DNA of 64,000 bases from a virus (taxonomy: Duplodnaviria; Caudoviricetes): the IMG/VR virus record IMGVR_UViG_3300038345_000144; one strand, given 5' to 3'. Under the pieces are notes generated by a model. That model did no database searches, was not told the DNA's origin, and saw only the letters and a list, made by a program, of their open reading frames with translations. Shown piece after piece: positions 7,928 through 17,645 of the stretch. Position numbers and translations under genes: made by a program. Numbering within the stretch: position 1 is the stretch's first letter; the number at the start of each line of letters is the position of its first letter.

Positions 7928-8386
7928 TTAGTCTGCTGGATAGAACTTTTCAGACACAATTGCGTCTGCAAGGGCATCAATTTCCTTATTAGTTTGCTCT
8001 ACAAACTTCTCTAATTCTGCCCTTCTGTACTCTTGAAATATCTTTTTAGCAAGGTCATCGTCTCTCTTGTCAAGTAAAACAAGAAACTTACCGTCAACTA
8101 CGGTATTGAACATTATAGGGAGACCAATATACCCACTACTGATTAAGTGGGCGATATGAACTATCTTTTCAGGGTCGTCCTGTGGATGTTGTCTAATATG
8201 CTTATATGTATAGCCACCATCAATCTGATTGGGATATACATAACAATACTCGTCAAATATCAGACAGGGCTTTTCAGGTACATAATAGTAGTAATAACAC
8301 TTCTGATTATGCTGTTTTGCAACTTCGGCAATTAAATTACCGTAATTATGGTTATACGCAATATTTTCAAGGTCTGAAAAAGTCAT
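7928..8386 (-). CDS. Hypothetical protein, paralog of 3120-3518
   Basis: Start MTFSD with AAGGAG SD and ATGA overlap with the upstream gene. Confidence 0.7.
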   Translation of the reverse strand: MTFSDLENIAYNHNYGNLIAEVAKQHNQKCYYYYYVPEKPCLIFDEYCYVYPNQIDGGYTYKHIRQHPQDDPEKIVHIAHLISSGYIGLPIMFNTVVDGKFLVLLDKRDDDLAKKIFQEYRRAELEKFVEQTNKEIDALADAIVSEKFYPAD

Positions 8387-8562
8387 TTTTGTATCTCCTT
8401 TAATCTTTCCATATAAGACGGTGGATTTTCCTTCCACCATTTGAGATAGGCATAATACGCTCCTGTATAATTCCAATTTGCCTTCTTGAAACAGGCTCTT
8501 AAAACAGAATATTTGGCTCCCGTGATTTCTTTTAATTCGTTAATGTCTTTATTTCTACTCAT
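8383..8562 (-). CDS. Small protein resembling the EF-Ts N-terminal (UBA-like) helical domain
   Basis: INELKEITGA.....ACFKKANWN resembles VKELRE.TGA..MDCKKAL.EA.GD. Confidence 0.45.
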   Translation of the reverse strand: MSRNKDINELKEITGAKYSVLRACFKKANWNYTGAYYAYLKWWKENPPSYMERLKEIQK

Positions 8563-8577
8563 ACATACCTTTCTTTT

Positions 8578-8694
8578 AGAAAAAACCCTCATCCAAATAG
8601 GTAATATTCAGATGAGGGGGTTGCCAATATGAAAGTCGCTATATTTACCGAAGTAAACAGTATTATTTTATCATATTATTTTATTTCTTGTAAA
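8578..8694 (-). promoter_or_regulatory. Promoter followed by an ~80-nt leader and terminator (sRNA or attenuator)
   Basis: TTTACA(8694)-N18-TAAAAT; hairpin 8584-8622 plus U-tract directly before the SD of 8562. Confidence 0.55.
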
Positions 8695-8755
8695 GTAAGT
8701 CAATAAAAAATCCTCCACCTATTGAATAGATGAAGGATATAGTTAGTTGTTTTAT

Positions 8756-9388
8756 TTAGGTAGTCATTACATCTTGTACCAATCTTTGATATGGATAAGG
8801 GCATAAATTTGCGTCAACCGTTGAGCAAACCTGTGTAATAGGTATGTTCAGGTCGTTGATACATATTTTGACCAGCCACACATATATCTCATAATCATCC
8901 TTAATCAACTGATATACTGCCTGCTTCCATAGGGAGTTTTTAGCACTATATACAGTTTCAAGGAGGTGTTGGTCGCTTAAATCAAACAGATTATTTATAT
9001 CACGGGTTATAAACGCTATGCCTACATTATACTGTTGACGCTGATACTCCAAAGCAATCTTAATATGTAAAATAAGATGCTCCAGCAGATTACAATACAC
9101 CAGATTTTCTGCCTTTTGAGCATTTTCTATATCTGGGTATTTTTGGGGATAATCACACATCGACAGATATGTGTTGGGGGTTGATAAGTCTATAAAATAG
9201 CACTCGTATATATGATGTATATACAATCCCTCGCTACCACGGGTTATTCCTGAAGTCTTGGCTAATTTGCCCTTTTTATTGAAATAAAAATAGTCTTTAG
9301 GAACGGCTCCGTACTTTGCCTTTAGGGTATCTACATACTCGTCATAAGTCATTTCATATAAAATATGATTAACTTCGGCTTCCGTCAT
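8756..9388 (-). CDS. HNH-like endonuclease
   Basis: IHHIYE...ENLVYCNLLEHLILH motif. Confidence 0.6.
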   Translation of the reverse strand: MTEAEVNHILYEMTYDEYVDTLKAKYGAVPKDYFYFNKKGKLAKTSGITRGSEGLYIHHIYECYFIDLSTPNTYLSMCDYPQKYPDIENAQKAENLVYCNLLEHLILHIKIALEYQRQQYNVGIAFITRDINNLFDLSDQHLLETVYSAKNSLWKQAVYQLIKDDYEIYVWLVKICINDLNIPITQVCSTVDANLCPYPYQRLVQDVMTT

Positions 9389-9810
9389 AGAGGCTCCTCG
9401 AAGTCATCACATTTCATATCAATTGTCTCGGTTTCAAGCGTTCCCAGAAAACGACCACAATTCTCGGATGCTCCATTATCACATACGAGTTGGTCAACAA
9501 GGGAAGGGTCATCCTCGGCATACTTATCGCCTGCCTCTACCAGCCAGCACCATTGACACTCTCGGCAATCATTCGTCTTATAGCCACCGCAGTCTAATAC
9601 GATAGGAAGGAGCATCTGCTTTACTCTCATTCTTCTTTCTTTTCCAGTAGGATTGGGCTTGTCATTTACCCACTCCAAACAATCCTCATAGGGCAAATCA
9701 TAAACAAGACTTGCAAGATAGGAATACAGGTCCTTGTTCTCTACCTCATCAGGCTCAAAGCCCTTAAAAATCTTTTCAACTCTGTCCAGTAATTTTACAT
9801 TGTACTTCAT
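9385..9810 (-). CDS. Hypothetical protein with Cys-rich C-terminus
   Basis: SD AAAGGA; CRECQWC. Confidence 0.65.
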   Translation of the reverse strand: MKYNVKLLDRVEKIFKGFEPDEVENKDLYSYLASLVYDLPYEDCLEWVNDKPNPTGKERRMRVKQMLLPIVLDCGGYKTNDCRECQWCWLVEAGDKYAEDDPSLVDQLVCDNGASENCGRFLGTLETETIDMKCDDFEEPL

Positions 9811-9836
9811 TATAACATCCTTTCGTTAACTAATTT

Positions 9837-9878
9837 CTTTGACTAAATCTTTGACTAAATAGCCTATTCTTTGACTAA
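9837..9878. repeat. CTTTGACTAA direct repeats
   Basis: Copies at 9837, 9849, 9869. Confidence 0.75.
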
Positions 9879-9938
9879 TTATTAACTTAATGCCTACCAT
9901 CTTCCTTAAATAATTCATCTATGGTCTTTTGCTTGGCA

Positions 9939-10163
9939 CTAACACTGCCCACCAAAAATCTTATCAAGTTCTTCGTTCAATAACCTTCTATATTCATCTA
10001 CGGAGATACCCAAAGAGGTACTTCCTTCTTGAATATAATAAAAAAGTCTCTTGGCTGTGTGTTCGGGAGACTTGTCAGGAATTCCTGAAGTACACCCCCT
10101 AATACCGCCGTTCTTATAGTCGGCACACAAATTAGTTTTTTCACAATCTTCGCATAAAGGCAT
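9939..10163 (-). CDS. Small Cys-rich protein
   Basis: CEDC...C...C; operon packing. Confidence 0.6.
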   Translation of the reverse strand: MPLCEDCEKTNLCADYKNGGIRGCTSGIPDKSPEHTAKRLFYYIQEGSTSLGISVDEYRRLLNEELDKIFGGQC

Positions 10164-10447
10164 TATTCTTTACTCCCTATCATCTTTGTTCCGCAATTAC
10201 AATACGGATAATCTGCTAATGTTTCATTATCTTCAGGGTCGTCTATAAAGAGAGGAACTCTTATCATTCGACCACAATTAGAACAAGTGTAAAAACAACC
10301 GTCAAGGTCTCTTCGCTGAATTTCCCAGTAACCTGTCTTTTGAAACCTGTCAATAACTGCCTGACAGAACTCTACCATAGGCTCAAAATCCGACTTAAAT
10401 TCTTCTTTAAGTCCCTCGGCTATCTTGATTACTTCTTCATCAGTCAT
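10163..10447 (-). CDS. Small protein with C-terminal Zn ribbon
   Basis: Start MTDEE; CSNCG...YCNCG. Confidence 0.6.
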   Translation of the reverse strand: MTDEEVIKIAEGLKEEFKSDFEPMVEFCQAVIDRFQKTGYWEIQRRDLDGCFYTCSNCGRMIRVPLFIDDPEDNETLADYPYCNCGTKMIGSKE

Positions 10448-10640
10448 TTGCTTCCTGACACAACCTTTCAATGCGTTCTGCCTCTTCTCTTGAGATACCC
10501 CAACCATTGTACTTTCTATGACAATCCTCGCAAGGGTTATATCCATTCTCGTCTTCAAGAGGTTCGTGGTTATTGTTCCTGCAATTATCACAATACATAT
10601 AGTTCAATTCTCTATAAATAATATCTGCTATCTTACCCAT
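10440..10640 (-). CDS. Small Cys-rich protein
   Basis: CDNC...CEDC; AAGGGAG SD. Confidence 0.6.
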   Translation of the reverse strand: MGKIADIIYRELNYMYCDNCRNNNHEPLEDENGYNPCEDCHRKYNGWGISREEAERIERLCQEAND

Positions 10641-10644
10641 AAAA

Positions 10645-10977
10645 TTACTCCCTTATATCATCAATCTCATTATTGGGTTCTACCTCTGTTTCCCTCTTAT
10701 AAGGTGCGTTCCACCAACTTTTTGTTACTCTATGAACCATTCCACCTAACGAATAATCGAGGGTTTGCTCACTTTCTCCCCACATTTTGACTTCGGGAAA
10801 CATAGCCTTTACCATATCTCCATTTGTTGGGTTTTCGGGGATTGTGAGCACTGTTTCTGCTTCTCTAATCTTTGCACTTCTTCCAACACATTCCCTATAA
10901 TTGCGGCTATCTGTCGGATAAACATAGATGTTCTCATACTCAATTTTATTTGCATCAATCAATCTTTGTTCTGCCAT
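10645..10977 (-). CDS. Phage hypothetical protein (RLIDA / TNGDM / WWNAPYK type)
   Basis: AGGAGG SD; motifs common in Bacillota phage early proteins. Confidence 0.7.
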   Translation of the reverse strand: MAEQRLIDANKIEYENIYVYPTDSRNYRECVGRSAKIREAETVLTIPENPTNGDMVKAMFPEVKMWGESEQTLDYSLGGMVHRVTKSWWNAPYKRETEVEPNNEIDDIRE

Positions 10978-10991
10978 TATCTTAATCCTCC

Positions 10992-11189
10992 TTAACCATC
11001 TACAACTTCAAAACTTGCAAAATTTCCTGGGTTTAGGCAAATAAGATTGCCTGTTTCAGCATCGTGTAGTCTTAAAAAGGTTTCATTTCCCCTGAAAATA
11101 TTATATACGGAATTTTCTATATCACCACGACCCTCGACTACCTTATAAGTTTTATCTAAATATGGATTTGTTACTACGATTGTTGTCAT
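10992..11189 (-). CDS. Hypothetical protein
   Basis: AAGGAG SD; upstream TTGCCA-N18-TATTCT. Confidence 0.65.
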   Translation of the reverse strand: MTTIVVTNPYLDKTYKVVEGRGDIENSVYNIFRGNETFLRLHDAETGNLICLNPGNFASFEVVDG

Positions 11190-11274
11190 TTTATTTCTGC
11201 TCCTTTTCTACAACAATTTATCATAGAATATCACATTAACTAAATATTTGGCAAGAGTAGAACAAAAAATATTT

Positions 11275-11507
11275 CGGACAAAAATACGGACATCACACGG
11301 ACAGTATTCGGACAGACACGGACAATTCGGACAGGAGCCGACAAATCACTTAAAGTGTCACTTAAAACTTCATATTTGATGTTTTATTTCACAAGGGGTT
11401 TGAACGGGTACTTTAAGTAGCACTTAAAAGTCACATCTGGGTCGCATATCGGTATTATTTCAGTCGTATATCGGTCAAATCGGTTGTATTTCGGTCATAT
11501 CGGTCAA
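11275..11507. repeat. Three adjacent short-repeat blocks: CGGACA, CACTTAA, (A)TCGGT
   Basis: CGGACA at 11275, 11287, 11298, 11309, 11319, 11328 (variant 11338); then CACTTAA x3; then TCGGT x5. Confidence 0.85.
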
Positions 11508-11555
11508 AAATAAGCACCCGTTTCATTAAAAACGAGTGCTTTTGCTTATGAGTTA

Positions 11556-12383
11556 TTATGAGTGATATTTTTCCCATATTTCAGGGGACATCCACGGCTG
11601 ATGCAACTGTGGGTTGGCACTTATGATTACTACTAATCCGTTTTCAACCTTGATGTAACAGCCCCATAAAGTACCGCCCCATTCTTGATTTTCGGTTACA
11701 TCTCTTATGTATTCTTGAATGTTGTTATACTTAAAAGGACTTTCATATAGTTTGTTATTCCCATCAAGATAGTTGACATTAGGGTATTCCTGTCCAAATA
11801 CTTCTGCATCACTAAACACTTCTATATTAGGAGCAAATGACAAATGATAATTACTAATAATAGGATATGAATAAATCACATCATAATCACCCCAAAGATA
11901 GTAATATCCTTTGGCTTGTTTTTGTAAAAATCCGTTATCTCCACAGTTAGATAACCAATCATTTCCTTCATATACAACATATTTTTCATTATCAGTATCA
12001 GTAGAAAAATATATAGTATCTCCAACTTGTAAATTGTTATATTCTTCTTCGGATAATCGCCAATACCCACTAACACTAAACATAGCACCTGAACAGTCCT
12101 CATCAAAAGAAGAAATATTAGCAAAATACTCCCCATCAGGAAGAACTCCGTTAAACTCTATCTGTTGTAGCGTTAATACGGGGTTATGCTCGGTTGTTTC
12201 TGTTGTAGTAGTTTCTTCTGTTGAGGTTTCCGTTGTTTCTTCGTCCATAGGCATAGGCTCTGTGGTTATTTCAGAAGATACTTCAATAGTAGTTTCTTCC
12301 GTAGTGGTTTCAACTGGAGCATTAGCCATACAACCCGTTAAAAGTGTAGCCGTGAGAAGTATAGGTAATACTTTGCGTTTCAT
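11556..12383 (-). CDS. Lipoprotein with T/E-rich linker
   Basis: Lipobox LLTGC; ETTTEETT linker. Confidence 0.8.
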   Translation of the reverse strand: MKRKVLPILLTATLLTGCMANAPVETTTEETTIEVSSEITTEPMPMDEETTETSTEETTTTETTEHNPVLTLQQIEFNGVLPDGEYFANISSFDEDCSGAMFSVSGYWRLSEEEYNNLQVGDTIYFSTDTDNEKYVVYEGNDWLSNCGDNGFLQKQAKGYYYLWGDYDVIYSYPIISNYHLSFAPNIEVFSDAEVFGQEYPNVNYLDGNNKLYESPFKYNNIQEYIRDVTENQEWGGTLWGCYIKVENGLVVIISANPQLHQPWMSPEIWEKYHS

Positions 12384-12949
12384 TATGTTTTCCCCTTGAT
12401 ATATAAACTATAAAAGGTTCTAAAATCCCCCTTAAAAAAGGCATTTGCTTTGTGCATTAACTCTAAATAATTTGTTTTCACATATTCATATCGAGATGGT
12501 TCATTAGTAAGTGCTGTAAACTTGGTATCAGCTAATAACAGGGCTTTTAATTGATTACGGTTTTCTTCAAGTTCTTTTTGTCTTTGTTCCCGCTTTTGTT
12601 GGTAGTCTAATTCTTCTTGTTCATTAAGATATTCACCAATTTCATCATTAACTGTTTCCAAATCTTCGTCTATATATTCAACACCTACTAATATGCCATC
12701 AATAGAACAAAGTAAGATAACATCCCAAATCATTCCATTATATTCAGCATATTTTTCGATTTCGGCACTATAAATAGTATCAGTTATCATAAACAGCGTT
12801 TTAGTGTTTTGGTTTGCTATGTCAATGAAATCATCCAGTTCCATTTTGGTATAAACAACTCTATCCATCAGGGCGGTATTATATTCAGTAATCTCAATAA
12901 TGTTTCCCTTAAATTTGGTTTGTAATAGTTCTAAATCAGGTATTTTCAT
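12383..12949 (-). CDS. Hypothetical protein
   Basis: AGGAGG SD; overlapping operon packing. Confidence 0.7.
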   Translation of the reverse strand: MKIPDLELLQTKFKGNIIEITEYNTALMDRVVYTKMELDDFIDIANQNTKTLFMITDTIYSAEIEKYAEYNGMIWDVILLCSIDGILVGVEYIDEDLETVNDEIGEYLNEQEELDYQQKREQRQKELEENRNQLKALLLADTKFTALTNEPSRYEYVKTNYLELMHKANAFFKGDFRTFYSLYIKGKT

Positions 12950-13289
12950 TATTATTTCCTCCTGTATTTTCTTCTGTTTGTGGATAGGCTTTCAAAACAC
13001 CATATTCAAGTCCATCTCGTATATCGTGAACATCAGCAAAGAAACTTAAAATGGTATATGCAAAAAGCGTGTATAAATAGCACACAATTACATATATAAT
13101 AGGCAACGCCACCATAAGCACTAATGAAAGTGCCGCCATTGAAGGCTGTCGGTGTTGAGCGTAATATACCAAACGGGATATTTCATAGATTATAGAACCT
13201 AATGCTCCAAATGAGGCATTAACAACAAACAATGCTTTTAATACCTTTTGTAGTTTTTCTGACGGGTTATTAAATAAATTATCTAACAT
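12936..13289 (-). CDS. 2-TM membrane protein
   Basis: Two hydrophobic segments; AAGGAG SD. Confidence 0.7.
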   Translation of the reverse strand: MLDNLFNNPSEKLQKVLKALFVVNASFGALGSIIYEISRLVYYAQHRQPSMAALSLVLMVALPIIYVIVCYLYTLFAYTILSFFADVHDIRDGLEYGVLKAYPQTEENTGGNNNENT

Positions 13290-13308
13290 CGTGTTTCTCC
13301 TTCTTCAT

Positions 13309-13719
13309 TTATTTTTCCTTTGGTTTAGACATCTCCCGCAATTTCATCTCCAAGCAGAATAATAGACATTCTATTTCTATTCTATAATCATAGTAATAAT
13401 CTGTCTCACGGGTAACTTCATCTATGATGTCTTGAGTTGGTCCATTTTTTGTACCGCAGGGCTTTCCACCAACCATAAGCGTAAATGGTGGGGTCATACC
13501 TGGTCCTGATAGCCACGGTTTGCCATTATATTCCCTAATTTGATACCACTCATCACCTATTTTAATGTGGTGCAAACAGGCAAACTCAAGGTTAGTCTGC
13601 TTAATATGAGCCTCATAACTGTCAAATTCCTTTATCTTTTCAATTAAAAGGTCTTTGAGTTCGGTATGTTCCATCTGTGAGTATTTATCAAGTAATTTCT
13701 GTATTTCAGTTCTGTTCAT
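13309..13719 (-). CDS. Hypothetical protein
   Basis: ORF with SD. Confidence 0.65.
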   Translation of the reverse strand: MNRTEIQKLLDKYSQMEHTELKDLLIEKIKEFDSYEAHIKQTNLEFACLHHIKIGDEWYQIREYNGKPWLSGPGMTPPFTLMVGGKPCGTKNGPTQDIIDEVTRETDYYYDYRIEIECLLFCLEMKLREMSKPKEK

Positions 13720-13766
13720 AGTAATATTTCCCTTTACATCTAAATAACAACGGGGGTTACTTCACT

Positions 13767-14411
13767 TTATTGTGGGGTAGCGGGCATAGGTACAGATAAC
13801 AGATAATTCTGTAAATCATCTGAATTGTAGGCAAAATACAATCTCTGGAACTCAATATTATTCTTCGGGTCTTCAAAGGAAACAAAAGTAATGCTATTTG
13901 CCTCAAATTGAGTATCTGTAACCTCTAAACTGCTCTCATCAACAAATATCTGCCAGTTGCTAAATATACTGGTAGCCTGATTTAGTGTACTTTGCCACTC
14001 TTCAGGGGATATATAAGCCTCTGTGCCTTCTTTTTCTATGGAACTACGAACATACTTCTGCTCATCAGCCAAATTTCCTTCTTCATCATAAGTCTGAACG
14101 AGTTTGGTCAGGTCATAACTACATACGCCTGTTATATCCGAGTATAGATAGACAAAATACCAAGTAGTTACTGTACTATTTGTAGAGTCAGTACGGGCAG
14201 TATGCTCAATGGTCAACTGATAGTGTTGAGGGATTTTATTAGGGTTAAAAGTAATATCTGCCCTATCTGCTGGCGGGTCAGGTAAAGTAGGTTCTGTTGT
14301 AGTCTCTGAAGTAGTGGCTACCGTAGTAGGACCCACGATGGTCTTATTACTACAACCAACTAACCCAAATAACAGGGTAGTTACAAGCAAAATCGGTATA
14401 AATTTCCGCAT
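13767..14411 (-). CDS. Lipoprotein with T-rich linker
   Basis: Start MRKFIPILL; lipobox LVGC. Confidence 0.8.
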   Translation of the reverse strand: MRKFIPILLVTTLLFGLVGCSNKTIVGPTTVATTSETTTEPTLPDPPADRADITFNPNKIPQHYQLTIEHTARTDSTNSTVTTWYFVYLYSDITGVCSYDLTKLVQTYDEEGNLADEQKYVRSSIEKEGTEAYISPEEWQSTLNQATSIFSNWQIFVDESSLEVTDTQFEANSITFVSFEDPKNNIEFQRLYFAYNSDDLQNYLLSVPMPATPQ

Positions 14412-14473
14412 ATAATTATTCCTTTCAGGGTTTAGCATTTGCTATCATATCATAGAATTATTCTATCTTGTCG

Positions 14474-15109
14474 TTAATCGCCCCCGAAAATCATATTCTC
14501 ATCATTATTATCTGGGGGAACATCAGTATCTTCATTAAGTCCGATTGTACCACTCATTGGGGTAAGAGGCTGAAAACTACATAAAGTAGTATTACCCAGT
14601 ATCATACCTGTAAAATCAGTTTGATGAATAATCGGGTGAACAATCCAGTTTCTACCGTCGCCTGCATACACATTACACAATTTTGTACCAATCATATTAT
14701 TGTGTATAAATGTAGTATGCTCCATAACTGCATCAGTAAAATCGGCACTTGTAAGACAACCACACATAAAATAAACCCTATCTAATCGGCTATGATGAAA
14801 CGTAGCGTGGTTAAAATCAGCCCAAGTACAGTCGCAACCCTCAATTACTGAATAATTAAGATTGCACTTCTCAAATTTAGCATAGGCTAAAATAGTATCT
14901 TCAAAAGTAGCCCCGTGTAAATCACAATCAGTAAAATTGGAACGGGATATATCACAATGTTTGAAGGTAATTTGAGATAGATTTCTTCCTGAAAAGTCCA
15001 GTTCATACATAACCTCATTTTCAAGAACTACCTTATTACCCTCGGTCCATTCGGATTTAGTCCATACTTCGTGTGCATCTAAAATAGTGTTTAATTCTTC
15101 TTGGGTCAT
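14474..15109 (-). CDS. Pentapeptide-repeat protein
   Basis: MTQEELNTILDAHEVW N-terminus followed by pentapeptide repeats. Confidence 0.85.
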   Translation of the reverse strand: MTQEELNTILDAHEVWTKSEWTEGNKVVLENEVMYELDFSGRNLSQITFKHCDISRSNFTDCDLHGATFEDTILAYAKFEKCNLNYSVIEGCDCTWADFNHATFHHSRLDRVYFMCGCLTSADFTDAVMEHTTFIHNNMIGTKLCNVYAGDGRNWIVHPIIHQTDFTGMILGNTTLCSFQPLTPMSGTIGLNEDTDVPPDNNDENMIFGGD

Positions 15110-15453
15110 TAGTCCCCTCCTCTTTCATCAAAAATTACTTTCAAGTCATTAAATTGTCTCTCCCAGTCGTCAATATTCTCGGCTTTAATTGTCGCATAAT
15201 CATAATCATCAGGCTTAACCATAACTTTCCAAGTAATATCCTTCAGGGAGTAGTGATATTCCTCACAATAATTCTCTATTGCTTCTCTGATACCAAACCA
15301 ATACCCACCATCTTCAGATGTGTGGGCAATTCGGAGTTGTTTGGCTTTGTTCATTATTCCCTTGCGTTCAAAAAACTTATCAACATAGGGATATACAAAT
15401 CGTACCATTTCGCTCATAAAATATTCCTTTTCAGTGTAATCACCAAGTTCCAT
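15109..15453 (-). CDS. Hypothetical protein
   Basis: Operon packing. Confidence 0.6.
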   Translation of the reverse strand: MELGDYTEKEYFMSEMVRFVYPYVDKFFERKGIMNKAKQLRIAHTSEDGGYWFGIREAIENYCEEYHYSLKDITWKVMVKPDDYDYATIKAENIDDWERQFNDLKVIFDERGGD

Positions 15454-15793
15454 CTTTCTTTATCCAAAGACTAAAATGATTAGTAATAGCCCGTGGGTCA
15501 GACTCGACCAGTTTAACCCGCTTTCTATCTTCTTCAGATAATGCCTTATCAAGCAAATTGTTGTAGTTAGCCTCTAATACAGCGTTCTTTGTGGCTATAC
15601 CTAATTCATAGCCCTCAACGCCCTCGGTTCCTATAATATGACAATAATAAAAATCATCGTTATCATTATTGTTAATATATAAACCCATATTAGGGCTGAT
15701 ATTAGATAAAGCAGACTGAATGGAGTGTAAAATATTTACTAACTCTTTATTATATTCTCCACCAGTTTGAAGTTGACCTTTAGATAAATCCAT
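15440..15793 (-). CDS. Hypothetical protein
   Basis: GAGGT SD. Confidence 0.6.
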   Translation of the reverse strand: MDLSKGQLQTGGEYNKELVNILHSIQSALSNISPNMGLYINNNDNDDFYYCHIIGTEGVEGYELGIATKNAVLEANYNNLLDKALSEEDRKRVKLVESDPRAITNHFSLWIKKDGTW

Positions 15794-15795
15794 AA

Positions 15796-16287
15796 TTACC
15801 TCGTTATATTATACTCAATACCTTCAGGCTGTTTCTTCCACATTTCAATACAAATATCGTCAAACGAGTAAAGGTCATATCTGATGCAGTAATAATACAG
15901 GCAGTCAATTATACCGTACTCGCCAAATCGGAGGTTCATCTTCTTATCGAAGTCCTCATCTGTATAAGAGGTCAAACCATCAAGCCAGCGTCTTGCCAAC
16001 AGCATAGAGTTACGGGCATATTTCTTGGAGTAAATCTCTCCAGAAACGCTGGTAAATCTGGTTGAAATCTTAACCCTCATAGGAGAGCGAGCCTGAAAAA
16101 TACAGGTAACTTCACCCATAACTCCATTATGCTCCTGCAATTCCTTAAAGGTAATAGTGGTCTTGTCCTTATATTTATTGAACTCGACCTTTTCCTTCAT
16201 ATTCATAAAGTCCTTAATCTTGGTATTAGCGGATATAACGAAACCGTCAACCTCGATAGTACCCTTCTTATCATCCATCTTTATCAT
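15796..16287 (-). CDS. Hypothetical protein
   Basis: Operon packing. Confidence 0.6.
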   Translation of the reverse strand: MIKMDDKKGTIEVDGFVISANTKIKDFMNMKEKVEFNKYKDKTTITFKELQEHNGVMGEVTCIFQARSPMRVKISTRFTSVSGEIYSKKYARNSMLLARRWLDGLTSYTDEDFDKKMNLRFGEYGIIDCLYYYCIRYDLYSFDDICIEMWKKQPEGIEYNITR

Positions 16288-16290
16288 AAA

Positions 16291-16719
16291 TTACCCACCT
16301 TTATAAATTTGAGCAACCATACTACGCAGTATGTTTCTAACATCTTCGGTATTTCCAGTAATCAGGCTCATAACTGCCCAGTCACAGAAAACACAAAGAA
16401 CAGGCACGATTATGCCACAAATAATGCCAGTAATCAGAGCCATCTTATCTCGTTCTTTAGCACCAATAATGATGGTGGCTATTGCACAGATTATCAAAAA
16501 TACGGTTAAGTACACAAATATAGGCTTTGCTATATCAAAAATACCTCCGAGAGACGGATATTCAGTAATACCGTTACCCTCTAAAGGTACTTCAATCTGT
16601 AAGTTATTATTTGTCTGGTAAAAAGTATAGCCGTACCCCACTTCTGATAGCACCAAGAAGATAAAAGAGGTTACGGCGATAATAATAGTGAATATACTCG
16701 CTTGTTTAGATAGTTTCAT
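16291..16719 (-). CDS. 3-TM membrane protein, possibly TcpD/pilin-like
   Basis: N-terminal TM plus C-terminal hydrophobic hairpin; same strand downstream of the PilT/VirB11 ATPase. Confidence 0.45.
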   Translation of the reverse strand: MKLSKQASIFTIIIAVTSFIFLVLSEVGYGYTFYQTNNNLQIEVPLEGNGITEYPSLGGIFDIAKPIFVYLTVFLIICAIATIIIGAKERDKMALITGIICGIIVPVLCVFCDWAVMSLITGNTEDVRNILRSMVAQIYKGG

Positions 16720-16746
16720 TAGTAATAAATTCCCTTCAAAAATAAA

Positions 16747-17145
16747 TCATTCGTATAAATGCTTGTGTTCAGGTTCCACATACCTCATCTGCGGAATTAG
16801 TCCTATGTATAAGGTTAGGGCAACTCTGTTATTCCATTCCCATATGATACTCCATAAATCAGCCGTTTCTTTTACGGTCTCATCATTGATTTTCAAAGTA
16901 AAGACCTGATATATTGTATCATAAAATAGGGCAATACTGAAAGTGTTGTTCTTAACTGAAAATGTCCAGCCGTCTTGTTGGACAATAATTGACCCCTGAT
17001 TTTCGAAAAACTGGTTAAATAACTCATCTTCGGTCAAGGAATTAGTCTTATTCCTGAACCGTACCCAATTCTCGATATAGGGGTCTAAAGACTCCAAATA
17101 CTCTAAAATATCTTTGGAGTTACATACAACGATTTCTTTTTCCAT
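16747..17145 (-). CDS. Hypothetical protein
   Basis: ORF with SD. Confidence 0.6.
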   Translation of the reverse strand: MEKEIVVCNSKDILEYLESLDPYIENWVRFRNKTNSLTEDELFNQFFENQGSIIVQQDGWTFSVKNNTFSIALFYDTIYQVFTLKINDETVKETADLWSIIWEWNNRVALTLYIGLIPQMRYVEPEHKHLYE

Positions 17146-17174
17146 ATAAATAAGTTCCTTTCAAAACGAGGACA

Positions 17175-17540
17175 TTACTGGTGGAACTGAATTACTCCCT
17201 TAATTTCATCAACAATAGCCTCAATTTGGTTTAATGATACCGCATCGGTGTTTTCTTCAAACTTATCTTCACCTAACGGGCAAGTAGCCAAGAGAATTCC
17301 CTCTTTTAACGGGAAATATACTTCTTCTACATTACCGCCAGTAGCCAAAGCCTTTGTGATTGCATTAAATCCAATCAACTTTATCTGCTGGTAAGTAGTA
17401 TCTGTTCTTGGCTTGAGGTTAAGTTGCAGATTGTCCGTAATGGACACAGCCAACATATCCTCCATAATTCTTGTTTTTGGGGCAATATCCTTAATTTCGC
17501 CCTCAATTAACTCATATAGTTGAGTAACTTTTTGATACAT
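17175..17540 (-). CDS. Hypothetical protein
   Basis: AAGGAG SD; upstream TTGACA-N17-TATCAT. Confidence 0.65.
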   Translation of the reverse strand: MYQKVTQLYELIEGEIKDIAPKTRIMEDMLAVSITDNLQLNLKPRTDTTYQQIKLIGFNAITKALATGGNVEEVYFPLKEGILLATCPLGEDKFEENTDAVSLNQIEAIVDEIKGVIQFHQ

Positions 17541-17645
17541 ATGTGTCGGGGTCTCCTTCTTTCATATAATATAAGATTAGCGGTTTTTCCCTGCTAACAT
17601 TATAGATTATATGATATTATCATATAAATTTCCTGTCAAATCTTT

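Noticed and set aside
7928-10640. Programmed frameshifts suggested by long ORF overlaps (7928-8476 with 8383-8592; 10163-10591 with 10440-10640)
   Set aside because: Internal ATGs at 8386 and 10447 with plausible SDs give ordinary short overlaps
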